The notes under the pieces are model-generated. The model was not told the DNA's origin. It saw only the letters and a program-made list of their open reading frames with translations, and did not search any database. DNA of 63,265 nucleotides, counting the filler. It is 6 parts of 6 records of this genome, joined end to end, with 100 filler letters (N's around TTAATTAATTAA, not from the genome) between each part and the next. Parts side by side here need not be neighbours in the genome. Positions count along the whole stretch, not along the records: positions 1 to 12,252 come from SRR31156797_10101; positions 12,353 to 24,444 come from SRR31156797_10109; 4 more parts are not named here. One strand, written 5' to 3'. The translations under genes and the position numbers were made by a program. Shown one piece after another: positions 9,221 through 19,687 of the stretch (position 1 is its first letter; every line of letters starts with the position of its first letter).

Positions 9221-10696
9221 ATGAACTTGAAATCGATACTTATTACTGCATTGATACTGGCCGCGCCCGTTCTCCTGGTTTCGGACGGGCTTGCATTGAC
9301 TGTCACCCCAGGGATACCCGCTGAATATCAGCTGGCAGACGCAGGGTTTGAAGATGATTTCCCCGGCGGCGAATTTGAAGATGACTCCTTTGAGAATGAT
9401 GACCCGGGAACCCCGGGAACCGGGCCTGAAATAACCCCGGAACTGTTGTTTCTTGATCCGAGCGGGTATTTGAAGTTTTCTTCGACCTATAACACGGCCC
9501 ACCATCACCCCGAACCGGGGGATACGGACTGGCGGGGCCTCTCCTCCCTCAAGTCGGAGCTTTTCCTTGCCCTGGACAGCCGGCTGCCCCATGGGTGGAA
9601 AATAAAGGTGTCCGGCTCTGGATTTTTCGATGCCGCATATTCTGTCAACGGCAGGAATGACTATACGGATGAGGTACTGGATCACTACGAACATGAGCTG
9701 GAATTGAAAGACGCCTATCTCCAGGGCAGTCTAACTGAAAAACTGGATCTGAAAGCGGGAAGGCAAATTGTTGTATGGGGAAACTCGGACACGCTTCGCC
9801 TGACAGACATCCTCAACCCGGAAAACCTGATGGAACCGGGGAAAACGGATCTGGAGGATCGCCGGCTGCCGGTATGGATGACAAAACTTGACTATTACGA
9901 GGGGCAATGGAGTTTCACGGCGATTGCCGTGCATGAACACAGGTGGAACAAATTGCCGGAATACGGCAGTGACTTTTACTCATTCGACGCGCGTCTCCCC
10001 CATGAGGAGACGCCTGCGGACAACCTGGAAAATACAGAATATGCCCTGTCTTTAAAAGGCGTTTTTACCGGGTGGGATTTTGCCCTTTATTATGCCGACT
10101 ATTATGAGGACACGCCTTACCTGAAATTCTTACCTGGCGCATCAGATCCGTTTGTCCTGCGCCACGCCCACCAGCAGATGATCGGGGTCGATGTCAACCT
10201 GGCCAGGGGAGACTTCATGTTCAAGGCGGAAGCCGCGTTCTTCAAGGGCGTTCGATTTTCAGATTATGTTGACACGGGCACGTATCCCCCCGGGATTCAC
10301 AGGGTGCCGAATTCCTACTCCACAACCGCGATCCTGGCAGGAATTGAGTATACCGGTTTTACCGATACCATGATAACCATTGAAACCATGAATACCCACA
10401 TTCACGGTCATGACCGTTCCGCAGAAAACGCCGATGTCGATGAAGATTATCTGGTTGCCTCCATCCGCATTCAGCGGGATTTCCTCAATGAACAGCTGAC
10501 CCTTGAGCTCCTGTCCCTTTTCTACGGGGAAAAATCCCAGGACGGCGGCATACATCGGTTTTCAGGCGTGTATGATGTCACCGATGACCTCACCGTCAGA
10601 ACCGGTTACATGCTGTATGACTCAGGCGACCTGCCGGCGTTTCAATCCATCGGCGATAATGACAGACTCTTCATTGATATCAAGTACAGTTTCTGA
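9221..10696 (+). CDS. Outer-membrane beta-barrel protein (DUF1302-like)
   Basis: Signal peptide, acidic N-terminal stretch, ELKDAYL..DLKAGRQIVVWG.SD...TDILNP motif, C-terminal IDIKYSF BAM signal. Confidence 0.8.
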   Translation: MNLKSILITALILAAPVLLVSDGLALTVTPGIPAEYQLADAGFEDDFPGGEFEDDSFENDDPGTPGTGPEITPELLFLDPSGYLKFSSTYNTAHHHPEPGDTDWRGLSSLKSELFLALDSRLPHGWKIKVSGSGFFDAAYSVNGRNDYTDEVLDHYEHELELKDAYLQGSLTEKLDLKAGRQIVVWGNSDTLRLTDILNPENLMEPGKTDLEDRRLPVWMTKLDYYEGQWSFTAIAVHEHRWNKLPEYGSDFYSFDARLPHEETPADNLENTEYALSLKGVFTGWDFALYYADYYEDTPYLKFLPGASDPFVLRHAHQQMIGVDVNLARGDFMFKAEAAFFKGVRFSDYVDTGTYPPGIHRVPNSYSTTAILAGIEYTGFTDTMITIETMNTHIHGHDRSAENADVDEDYLVASIRIQRDFLNEQLTLELLSLFYGEKSQDGGIHRFSGVYDVTDDLTVRTGYMLYDSGDLPAFQSIGDNDRLFIDIKYSF

Positions 10697-10725
10697 CCCG
10701 GTAGAACCGCATCTACAACCGGGAT

Positions 10726-11472
10726 TTATTCGTTAGTGCCGTCATTGATGGATTCTCCCTTGGATTTGCGGTGATCCTTGATCATTTTTTTTGTTTCATT
10801 GATCCTTTTGGTGATTTTGATGCCCCTTGGGCATGCCTCGGTGCATTTGAAATGGTTCTGGCATGGCCAGACCCCGTCCGGCCTGTCCAGCTCCGGGAGC
10901 CGCTCTTCAAATCCCTTGTCACGGGAATCCGCGATAAACCGGTAGGCCTGTGACACGGCGGCGGGCCCCAGGAATTCCTTGTTTTCCTCCGGGACGGGAC
11001 AGGCGGAATAGCAGGATGCGCATAAAATGCAATTGGTGGTATCATCAAATTTCATTCGCTCTTCCGGGGACTGGAGGCGCTCTTTTTCCGGCACGGGATC
11101 ATCGTTGATCAAAAAGGGTTTAATGGATCGGTATTTATCGAAAAATTCTGCCTGGTCCACGATCAGGTCCCTTTGCACCGGCAGATAGCGCAGGGGCCGA
11201 ATTTCTATTACAGCGCCTTCCCCGTCCGCCACATCCTGAACCAGGGTTTTGCAGGCCAGCCGGTCCTTGCCGTTGATCCGCATGGCATCCGAACCGCACA
11301 CCCCATGGGCGCAGCTTTTTCGAAATCCCAGGGTGCCGTCCTGGAATTGCTTGATGGTGATCAACGCATCCAGCAGCCTGTCCGTGGGGGCCGCCTCAAC
11401 CGTGTACTCCTGAAACCGTGATTTTTTATCGGTTTCAGGATTGAATCGTTCTATTTTCAGAATGATTTTCAT
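10726..11472 (-). CDS. sdhB: Succinate dehydrogenase/fumarate reductase iron-sulfur subunit
   Basis: SCAHGVCGSD..C, CILCASCYSACP and CQNHFKCTEACP cluster motifs. Confidence 0.92.
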   Translation of the reverse strand: MKIILKIERFNPETDKKSRFQEYTVEAAPTDRLLDALITIKQFQDGTLGFRKSCAHGVCGSDAMRINGKDRLACKTLVQDVADGEGAVIEIRPLRYLPVQRDLIVDQAEFFDKYRSIKPFLINDDPVPEKERLQSPEERMKFDDTTNCILCASCYSACPVPEENKEFLGPAAVSQAYRFIADSRDKGFEERLPELDRPDGVWPCQNHFKCTEACPRGIKITKRINETKKMIKDHRKSKGESINDGTNE

Positions 11473-11489
11473 TTGCCGCTCCTTAAATT

Positions 11490-12252
11490 CTAGTACGCCC
11501 TGGGTTTGGGTTCCCAGATGGAGGTATCAACCGGCTTATATGCCAGGTTCACCCGATCGCCTTCAAGGGTCGCCAGGGTATGCTTGAGCCAGTTGTCGTC
11601 ATCCCGGTCCGGAAAGTCCTGCCTGGAATGGGCCCCTCTGCTCTCTTTCCTGTGCAGGGCGGATACCCCGGTGATCAGGGCCAGGTCCAGCAGGTTTTTC
11701 AGCTCGATGAGCTCCAGCAGGTCGGTATTGAAGGGTTTGCTGACATCCTGCACCCGAATCTCCCCATACCGGTCCCGCAGGTCCTGTATGGTCTTCACGG
11801 CCCGGGCCATATCGGTTTCGTTGCGGTAGATGCCCACCTTTTCCATCATCACCGTCTGCATCTCCTCTGTTATGTGACCGCCGTGGGGACCTTTTTTTCC
11901 GTCGGTGAGCCGGTCGATCCATTTTTGGGCGTCTGCCGCGGCATCGGACGGGATGCCGGGATAATCAATGTTTTTGACATAGGTTTCAATGTGGATGCCG
12001 GCACGCCTGCCGAACACCACCAGATCCAGCAGGCTGTTGGTGCCCAGGCGGTTGGCGCCGTGCACCGATACACAGGCGCATTCCCCGGCGGCATAGAGTC
12101 CGTGGATGAAGGTGCCTTTTTCATCCACCACCACCCTGCCGTCCAGATCGGTGGGAATCCCGCCCATGGCATAGTGGGCCGTGGGGAGCACGGGAATAGG
12201 GTCATGGTTCGGGTCCACACCCAGATAGGTTTTGCAGAAATCCGTGATATCC
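11490..12252 (-). CDS. sdhA: Succinate dehydrogenase flavoprotein subunit (5' truncated by contig end)
   Basis: PTAHYAMGG, GECACVSVHGANRLGTNSL, ESRGAH motifs; runs into the N spacer. Confidence 0.92.
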
Positions 12253-12352
12253 NNNNNNNNNNNNNNNNNNNNNNNNNNNNNNNNNNNNNNNNNNNNTTAA
12301 TTAATTAANNNNNNNNNNNNNNNNNNNNNNNNNNNNNNNNNNNNNNNNNNNN
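12253..12352. other. Artificial contig spacer
   Basis: N44-TTAATTAATTAA-N44 (stops in all six frames). Confidence 0.99.
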
Positions 12353-12740
12353 AACCGTGATCGTTTCTCATGAAACGGAAATCCATGGCGCAGCAGAGCA
12401 CGGCGCCGGCGGCAAAGGCATGTCCGTTTACAGCGGCGACGGTCAGCAGAGGGTAAAGAAGCAGGCGCCTGAACAAAGACTGTAATTTGTAAAAGAAGAG
12501 CTTTTGCCGACCCAAATCTCCGGACTCCTTGAGGTTGGAAAACCAGCCCAGATCAATCCCGTCGCAGAAAACCTTTTCGTGTGCCGATCCTACAATCAGA
12601 GTGCAGGCTTCGGTTTCGTTTTCTATTTGATCCAAAACCTGTTGAAACTCGTCCAGGAACGGGATGTTGAGGCTGTTTTTGCCGTCCTGCATGGAGACGA
12701 CAGCGGTCGAATCTATGACTGAGTATGATATTTTGTTCAT
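12353..12740 (-). CDS. Enoyl-CoA hydratase/isomerase family protein (3' truncated)
   Basis: FCDGIDL, VAAVNGHAFAAG, DFRFM crotonase motifs; likely start MNKISY at 12740. Confidence 0.85.
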
Positions 12741-12747
12741 TTGATTT

Positions 12748-12773
12748 AAAAAAGGCGGGGACGAGCCCCGCCT
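12748..12773 (-). terminator. Intrinsic terminator after the ABC substrate-binding gene
   Basis: Minus strand AGGCGGGG-ctcgt-CCCCGCCT followed by T-tract. Confidence 0.75.
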
Positions 12774-12780
12774 GTATAAA

Positions 12781-13971
12781 TTATTCCTTGGGTTTGCGCC
12801 AATCTGTAATGGTGACCAGACGTTTGTTGGGTACGTCGGCCTTGAAGAATTTAACCATTTCCGCGGGTGCATGGCTTTTGTCGCTGTAATTGACCGGCGG
12901 AAAAATGCCTCCGGTTTCGTAGTTGCTCAGTGTTTCCATGGCAGTTTTGAGTGTGTCGGGATTAAGGTCCTTACCCGCGCGTTTTATGGCCTCAACAAAC
13001 AGCCAGGCAACGCCCACGCCATTGACGTACAGGGACTTGAGGCCGATTTTGCGTTCGTATTTTTTCGCGATGTCACGAACAAGTTTGACGCCTTCAGTAT
13101 CGTCAGACCAACCGCCCACAAAATTGACGCCGATGTAGTTTTTGGCCGCTTCGCCGCAAGCCTGGACGAGCATGTCGTCGGTAGCCCAGTTAAAGCCGAA
13201 AATCGTGGGTGAGTAGTTATATTTTTCCGCGGTTTTGAGAAAACTGATGACCGGCGGCAGAACATCGCAGGTGATGACAATGTTGGCCCCTGCTTTCTGG
13301 AGAGCCAAAACCTGCGAACTTGCGTCCACGGCGCCTGTGGGCAGAACAAGCTCGGCCACAACAGGTATTCCGTATTTTTTGGCGCGGGCCTTGGTTGCTT
13401 CCAGGCCGACTTTTCCATATTCCTTTTTTGCGTATACGACGCCAATTTTGGGGTCCTTTACGTCGAGGTCGTCTTTGATGTAGTCGACAATACACTGGTA
13501 CTGGGCTTCGTACGTGGCGCCCATGGCGAAGATGTAGGGATTATAGGGATCGAAGAACTCAATAGCCAGGGCGTTCGGGATATTGGTAATTTTATACCGC
13601 GCGATGTTAGCCTTGTTGGCGATGGTCTGGTTTGTTCCGCCCGTGGTCATAATAGTGAGAACTTTGTCGCGGGTCATCAGCTTCTTGACCGCAGCCACCG
13701 ACTTCGGGGCCTGGAACTGGTCGTCTTCCCAGATAAACTCGATTTTCCGACCGTTGATTCCACCCTGATCGTTGATGTACTTCATGTAATCTTCCATGCC
13801 CTGTCCGTTGGGCTTGCCCAGGGCGGCCACCGGACCGGTCTTGACCAGAACAATGCCGATTTTGATCGAATCGTCGGTCACTCCCCGGCTTTCGGCCATA
13901 GCCATGCCGGAAACAGCCAGCACTAAGACCATAAGAATTGTCGTCATCATCGCCTGTTTACGAAAAAACAT
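12781..13971 (-). CDS. Liv-type ABC transporter substrate-binding protein
   Basis: Signal peptide; GVTDDSIKIG..TGP..G..INDQGGINGRKI...EDD. Confidence 0.9.
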   Translation of the reverse strand: MFFRKQAMMTTILMVLVLAVSGMAMAESRGVTDDSIKIGIVLVKTGPVAALGKPNGQGMEDYMKYINDQGGINGRKIEFIWEDDQFQAPKSVAAVKKLMTRDKVLTIMTTGGTNQTIANKANIARYKITNIPNALAIEFFDPYNPYIFAMGATYEAQYQCIVDYIKDDLDVKDPKIGVVYAKKEYGKVGLEATKARAKKYGIPVVAELVLPTGAVDASSQVLALQKAGANIVITCDVLPPVISFLKTAEKYNYSPTIFGFNWATDDMLVQACGEAAKNYIGVNFVGGWSDDTEGVKLVRDIAKKYERKIGLKSLYVNGVGVAWLFVEAIKRAGKDLNPDTLKTAMETLSNYETGGIFPPVNYSDKSHAPAEMVKFFKADVPNKRLVTITDWRKPKE

Positions 13972-14121
13972 GTTCTAACCTCCTTTAATTGTTAGGTTTT
14001 CAATGAGTTAGAAAATTCCCGCGAATAGCTGTGCCACACTACAGTGCAGCTTACATATTGAATTAACAAAGTTTTTTAAACATTAACCATCGCCGGACCA
14101 AGCAGTGCTCATTTAAGCCCG

Positions 14122-15174
14122 TTAGTATGTGAAAGGCCAACTTTTGAAACCTGTTTTGATCCGTCCCCAAATGGCGTTTAAGCCGCCGGGTTCGAAGATT
14201 AGAAACAGCATAATAAGAAGCCCGAAGGCTGCAATGTTCCATTCCTGGTCGTACTTTCCGGCCAGGGCCGGAATGAGCGACTCAAGGGCCTGAGCGAACA
14301 TTTTTATAAATTCCGGAATGACCACGATAAAAATGGCCCCGAATATGGTTCCGAGAATGCTGCCGAGGCCGCCGACAATAATCATGGCCAGGTATTCGAT
14401 GGATAAAAGCAGAGTGAAGTGTTCCGGATGAATATAGGCCATGACGTATGCGTAAAGCCCGCCGGCCAGTCCGGCGTAAAAGGATCCGATGGCGAAGGCC
14501 ATGACCTTGTACCTGGTCAGATCTACGCCGATGACTTCGGCGGCGACATCGCGATCGCGGATGGCCACAAAGGCCCGCCCCACGCGGGTGCGTACGATAT
14601 TGCTAGCCGCGGCTGTCATTATGGCCGTGACGATTATGAGAAAGTAGAACATCTTTTCATCAGTGTCCAACTCGTATCCGCCAATGGACAACATGGGGAC
14701 GTAAAGCCCCCTCACCCCGCCGGTAAGGCCTTCCCAGGTAATGACCGCGAATTCTATGACCATGCCGAAAGCCATGGTGGCCATGGCCAGGTACAAGCCT
14801 TTGAGCCTTAGACAGGGAAACCCGATTATGATTCCGGCCAGGGCGGAGGTCAAGCCTCCGGCGGGAAGCGTTATCCAGAACGGCAGGTTGAATTTGGAGG
14901 CCAACAGGGCTGTTGTGTACGCCCCGACGGCCAGAAAGGCCGAGTGCCCAAGGGACAGCTGGCCGCAGTAACCGGTGAGAATGTTAAGGCCCAGGGCGGC
15001 GACGATTGCCAGGCAGGACAGGTTGACCAGGTAGACCAGGTAGGTCCCGCCCCAGTATGGCATGAGCCCCAGAATGATAATGAACACAACCATCCAGAGC
15101 CTGAGCCAAATGGTCCGGAAGAACCGGATGTCTTCATAATAACTTTCGGAAAATGTTTTGCTTCTGATTGCCAT
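14122..15174 (-). CDS. Liv-type ABC permease (LivM-like)
   Basis: GLNILTGYCGQLSLGH, LKGLYLAMAT, GRAFVAIRD, IVGGLGS. Confidence 0.9.
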   Translation of the reverse strand: MAIRSKTFSESYYEDIRFFRTIWLRLWMVVFIIILGLMPYWGGTYLVYLVNLSCLAIVAALGLNILTGYCGQLSLGHSAFLAVGAYTTALLASKFNLPFWITLPAGGLTSALAGIIIGFPCLRLKGLYLAMATMAFGMVIEFAVITWEGLTGGVRGLYVPMLSIGGYELDTDEKMFYFLIIVTAIMTAAASNIVRTRVGRAFVAIRDRDVAAEVIGVDLTRYKVMAFAIGSFYAGLAGGLYAYVMAYIHPEHFTLLLSIEYLAMIIVGGLGSILGTIFGAIFIVVIPEFIKMFAQALESLIPALAGKYDQEWNIAAFGLLIMLFLIFEPGGLNAIWGRIKTGFKSWPFTY

Positions 15175-16056
15175 CTATACCCTTTCCACTTCTTCCTGGC
15201 CGAATAAACCGTAAGGTCTTATCATTAAAACAAGAAAAAGGACGACGAACGGCGTGACGTCCTTGACCCCGCCTCCGATGTATTGTTCGAGGTACCCGCC
15301 GGCCATGTTTTCGATAATGCCTATGGCCAGTCCGCCGATGATGGCCCCGGGGACGCTCTGCAGCCCGCCGAGAATGACGGCGGGAAAGGCGCTGATGGCG
15401 GTGAAAGTCAGGCCGATGTTAAGAACCATGACATTGGCCAGAAACATGCCGCCTACCGCGGCGATGGAAAAGGAGAGCGCCCAGGTGAGGCCGAAGATGC
15501 GCTTGATATTCACGCCCATGAGAGTGGCCGTGTCCTGGTCGTTGGCCGTGGCCCTCATGCCCAGTCCGACGCGGCCGTATTTGAAAAAGAGCAGAAAAGC
15601 GACCATGAGGCCGAAGGATATGACCATTGTCCACAGGTGGGTGTGAGACAGAACCAGGCCGCCCAGGTTAATTGGTTCCTGTGGAAAGGGATTTGGGAAT
15701 ACATGGTTGTCGTGGCCGAAAAGGATGCCGGCCATGCTGCGTAAAAAGATGCTCAACCCAATGGTGACCATGACCACTGAAAAGTGCGATTCGCCGAGCA
15801 TGGGGCGCAGGACAAGCCTTTCGGTGACAATTCCCATGAGCGCGGCTATACCCAGAGTGGCCAGGACGGCGGCGTAAAACGGGAGGCCGGCTCTGGCTAC
15901 CATGTAGTAGGCCGCAAAGGCCGAGATCATGATGATTTCGCCCTGGGCGAAGTTTATCACGCCCGTGGCCTTGAATATGAGCACGAAACCAAGAGCGATG
16001 AGCGCATAGATGCTGCCCACGGCTATACCGCTAACCAGAAGCTCCAGGAAATACAT
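15175..16056 (-). CDS. Liv-type ABC permease (LivH-like)
   Basis: GSIYALIALGFVLIFKATGVINFAQG, MRATA, RPYGLFG; start MYFLELL. Confidence 0.9.
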   Translation of the reverse strand: MYFLELLVSGIAVGSIYALIALGFVLIFKATGVINFAQGEIIMISAFAAYYMVARAGLPFYAAVLATLGIAALMGIVTERLVLRPMLGESHFSVVMVTIGLSIFLRSMAGILFGHDNHVFPNPFPQEPINLGGLVLSHTHLWTMVISFGLMVAFLLFFKYGRVGLGMRATANDQDTATLMGVNIKRIFGLTWALSFSIAAVGGMFLANVMVLNIGLTFTAISAFPAVILGGLQSVPGAIIGGLAIGIIENMAGGYLEQYIGGGVKDVTPFVVLFLVLMIRPYGLFGQEEVERV

Positions 16057-16109
16057 CGCGGGGCTGTGCAATTTATCCTCCTGACGATAGGCCGATCAGG
16101 CGACCTATT

Positions 16110-17912
16110 TCAATACAAACTGTCGATCAGGTCTTTGAATTTTTTCTCAATGACGCTTCGGCGAACTTTCATGGTGGCCGTCACTTCATCGTCATCCTGG
16201 TCCAGTTCCTTGGTCATGACGGCGAAGTTTCTGATTCTTTCCACCCTGGCCAGTTTTTCATTGGCCTTTTCGACTTCCGACCGGATCAGTTCGTTAACTT
16301 CCGGATTTTCGGCCAGGCTTTTATAGGTCGTGTAGGCCACGCCCTGGTCCTGGGCCCAGTCGGACACGTTTTCAAGTTCGAGTTGGATCAGGGCGACCAG
16401 GTATTTGCGGCCGTCTCCGACGATTATGGCTTCGTTGATATACGGGCTGAATTTTAGAGTGTTTTCGATCTCTGACGGGGCCACGTTCTTGCCGTACGCG
16501 TTAATTATCAGGTCCTTTTTCCGATCCACGATCATTAGTTGACCGTCCTCGGTAAACATGCCCACGTCCCCGGTCCTGAGCCAGCCGTCTTCCGTCAATG
16601 CCTCCCGTGTGAGTTCCGGTTGGCGATAGTATCCCTTGAAGACAGATTCGGCGCACACCAACATTTCACCGTCTTCAGCCAGTTCGATTTTAACACCGGG
16701 CAAAGGCTTGCCGACGCCGCCGATTCTTATGCCGTCCAGATCCGGTATACAGCAGATGCCTGAGGATTCGGTCATACCGAAGCATTCCCGGATGTGCACG
16801 CCGATGCTGTGATAAAATCGCATCAATTCCGAAGACAGGGGCGCGGCGCCGCTGACATAGATGCGGCAATTGAGCAATCCGAGCTTGTTTTGGAGCGACC
16901 TAAACAGGATCAGGTAGCCAATGGCATTGAGCAGTTGAAGCCAGGGGGACGGGGAACGTCCTTCCAGGCGGCAGTCGGCCATGCGCCGGCCGATCGGCAT
17001 AAAAGCGTTATAGAACCATCGTTTAATAAAAAGGGCGTCCTTGATTCTAATCTGTATATTGGAATGCATTTTTTCCCAGATGCGGGGAACGGTGAGAAAG
17101 GCTGTCGGCGATATTTCCCTCATATCATCCTGCAGGGTCTGCACGCTTTCAGCGAAATTGACCGTACAGCCCGCGTACATGGGAAAAATTAATGAAAAGC
17201 TGCGCTCGGCGATATGACAGAGCGGCAGGGCGGAAACAAATTCATCCTTATCGTTGAAAGGCAAGACCGTGGAAAGGCCTTCAATCATGGATATCATGTT
17301 GAGGTGGGAGATCATGGCCCCCTTGGGCACGCCGGTTGTTCCTGAAGTATAGACCATTATGGCCGTGTCCCCGGGAGCGACGGCTTCTATCATGTCGTCG
17401 AACAAAACGGGCTGCTTTTCGTGAAGTCCCCTGCCTATTTTTTCAACGTCGGCGAAACTGATGATTTTGGGGTCGGTATATTTCCTGAGGCCCTTCATGT
17501 CGATGACAACGATTTTTTTCAGCAGGGGGAGTTCGTCCTGAACTTCCAGGATCTTGTCCACCTGTTCCTGGTCCTTGCAGACCACGAAGCTGGATTCTGA
17601 ATTGTCCAGGATGTATTTGACCTGCTCGGCCACGTTGGTTGGATATATACCGACCGATATGGCCCTGGAGGCCTGGGCGGCCAGGTCCGCGTACAGCCAT
17701 TCCGGGCAGTTGTCTCCTAATATGGAGATTTTGTCGTCGCGATCCTTGAGCCCCAGTTCTTTCAGGCCCAGGGCGAAATCGCGCACGTGCGCCCAGTAGT
17801 CGTTCCAGGATATACGCTGCCAGATGCCCAGGTCTTTTTCACGAAGGGCGACCCGGTTTCCGTAACGGAGCACATTGCGTTTGAATAGCCGAGGTATTGT
17901 ATTTTCTGTCAT
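16110..17912 (-). CDS. Long-chain acyl-CoA synthetase (AMP-forming)
   Basis: YTSGTTGVPKG, LPLCHIAE, FGMTE, GWLRTGD, DRKKD adenylation motifs; ATG 17912 overlaps the upstream stop. Confidence 0.9.
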   Translation of the reverse strand: MTENTIPRLFKRNVLRYGNRVALREKDLGIWQRISWNDYWAHVRDFALGLKELGLKDRDDKISILGDNCPEWLYADLAAQASRAISVGIYPTNVAEQVKYILDNSESSFVVCKDQEQVDKILEVQDELPLLKKIVVIDMKGLRKYTDPKIISFADVEKIGRGLHEKQPVLFDDMIEAVAPGDTAIMVYTSGTTGVPKGAMISHLNMISMIEGLSTVLPFNDKDEFVSALPLCHIAERSFSLIFPMYAGCTVNFAESVQTLQDDMREISPTAFLTVPRIWEKMHSNIQIRIKDALFIKRWFYNAFMPIGRRMADCRLEGRSPSPWLQLLNAIGYLILFRSLQNKLGLLNCRIYVSGAAPLSSELMRFYHSIGVHIRECFGMTESSGICCIPDLDGIRIGGVGKPLPGVKIELAEDGEMLVCAESVFKGYYRQPELTREALTEDGWLRTGDVGMFTEDGQLMIVDRKKDLIINAYGKNVAPSEIENTLKFSPYINEAIIVGDGRKYLVALIQLELENVSDWAQDQGVAYTTYKSLAENPEVNELIRSEVEKANEKLARVERIRNFAVMTKELDQDDDEVTATMKVRRSVIEKKFKDLIDSLY

Positions 17913-18700
17913 GCCGGGTCCTCGCTCCAAAGAGGGTCGTCCTCGTCGCCCAGGTAAGCCTCGATAACCCGGGGATTGTTCTGCACTTCAGCCGGCGTGC
18001 CGTCGGCGATCATTTGCCCGAAATCCAGGACAGTGACCCGGTCGGCAATATCCATGACCACGCCCATGTCATGTTCCACCATCAGCACGGTCACGCCCAG
18101 TTCCTCCTTGATATCGAGAACAAACCTGGCAATATCTTCCGTCTCTTCCGCGTTCATACCGGCCACGGGTTCGTCGAGGAGGATTATTTTAGGATTGACG
18201 GCCAGGGCCCGCCCCAATTCGACCCTCTTCTGAACGCCGTATGGGAGGGATCCGACCGGTTGTTTTCTTACCTTTTCTATTTCAAGGAAGTCGATGATCT
18301 CCTCAACCCTGAGGCGGTTGTCAATTTCTTCCCTCAGGGCGCGGCCGAAAAACAGGGCGCCGGTGAAGATTCCCGTTTTCATGTGAGCGTGACGTCCGAG
18401 AAGCAGGTTGTCGATCACTGTCATGTGCATGAAAAGCTCTATGTTCTGGAAGGTGCGGGCAACCCCCAGACCGGCTATCTGGTGGGGTTTATACTTGTTA
18501 AGAGTTTTCTCTTCGAAGACGACTTTGCCTTTCATGGGCGGATAGATGCCGCTGATAACGTTGAAAATGGATGTTTTCCCGGCGCCGTTGGGGCCGATGA
18601 CCGCATGAATATGACCTCTTTCGACTTGAAAGTTCACATCCTTCAGGGCCAGAATGCCGCCGAAACCGAGGCTGACGTTTTGAATTTCCAAAAGAGCCAT
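17909..18700 (-). CDS. Liv-type ABC ATPase (LivG-like)
   Basis: GPNGAGKT, ARTFQ, LPYG, LLDEP.AG, VEHD, EAYLG. Confidence 0.92.
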   Translation of the reverse strand: MALLEIQNVSLGFGGILALKDVNFQVERGHIHAVIGPNGAGKTSIFNVISGIYPPMKGKVVFEEKTLNKYKPHQIAGLGVARTFQNIELFMHMTVIDNLLLGRHAHMKTGIFTGALFFGRALREEIDNRLRVEEIIDFLEIEKVRKQPVGSLPYGVQKRVELGRALAVNPKIILLDEPVAGMNAEETEDIARFVLDIKEELGVTVLMVEHDMGVVMDIADRVTVLDFGQMIADGTPAEVQNNPRVIEAYLGDEDDPLWSEDPA

Positions 18701-18710
18701 GCCACCCCCC

Positions 18711-19505
18711 TCAGGACAACCAGCGTTTGCGTCGTTTGTAGTGCTTCACTTCGGAGTAGCTTTTCCGTTCCTCTGTTTCGGTAACACCGAGATAAAACTC
18801 CTTTACATCCTCGTTTTCAATCAGTTCGTCACACGGGCCGTCCAAAACGATTTTTCCGTTTTCCATAATGTATCCATAGAATGAGAATTTCAGGGCCAAC
18901 TTGGCGTTCTGTTCGACGAGAAGCAGAGTGGTCCCCTGCTCCCTGTTAATGCGGCGCAGAATGGAAAAGATGTTGCGTATTAAAAGCGGCGCCAGGCCAA
19001 GGGAGGGTTCGTCGAGCATCATCAGTTTTGGGCGGGACATCAAGGCCCGGCCCACTGCAAGCATCTGTTGTTCGCCGCCGGAAAGGTACACGGATCGCTG
19101 CTGTCGGCGCTCGGCCAGCACGGGGAAATAATTAAAGACCATATCCACGTCTTTTTTCACCGAGTCTCTATCCGACCGGGTATAGCCGCCGATGACCAGG
19201 TTTTCGATGACGTTCAGTTCGTCGAAAACCCGCCTGCCCTCGGGCACCATGGAGATGCCGCAACGGACAATGGCGTCGGGATCGAGAGTGTGCAGGGGAT
19301 TCTTTTCAAAGTAGATGGCGCCGCCTTCGAGTTCGCCGTTCTGCAGGGTCAATACTCCGGAAATGGCTTTCAGGGTGGTGGTCTTGCCGGCGCCGTTCGC
19401 TCCCAAAAGGGCGACTATGCCGTTTTCGGGAACGTTCAGGGAAATGCCTTTGAGAACCAGGATCACATCATTGTAGACCACTTCGATATTGTTAACTTCA
19501 AGCAT
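18711..19505 (-). CDS. Liv-type ABC ATPase (LivF-like)
   Basis: GANGAGKT, LSGGEQQM, LDEPSLGLAP, VEQN; C-terminal VKHYKRRKRWLS. Confidence 0.92.
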   Translation of the reverse strand: MLEVNNIEVVYNDVILVLKGISLNVPENGIVALLGANGAGKTTTLKAISGVLTLQNGELEGGAIYFEKNPLHTLDPDAIVRCGISMVPEGRRVFDELNVIENLVIGGYTRSDRDSVKKDVDMVFNYFPVLAERRQQRSVYLSGGEQQMLAVGRALMSRPKLMMLDEPSLGLAPLLIRNIFSILRRINREQGTTLLLVEQNAKLALKFSFYGYIMENGKIVLDGPCDELIENEDVKEFYLGVTETEERKSYSEVKHYKRRKRWLS

Positions 19506-19687
19506 GAACCTTCACCTACCCGGCAGGGCCGCATGTATCAGGTCAGGCGGCTTTATGGTACAAAGCGCGGAGAGGAAACAGAGGTTGGTCTTGCGAACCG
19601 CCCCGGCCAGTGTTACGCGTATTGTCATTTTCAACTCCGTTGAGGTCTGGGACAATAAATCCCTGAAAACAGCTTCAGGTTGTCGGT

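Noticed and set aside
12297-12308. TTAATTAATTAA palindrome recurring five times
   Set aside because: Artificial linker inside N runs; ORFs ending in 'LIN' or containing X are artefacts.
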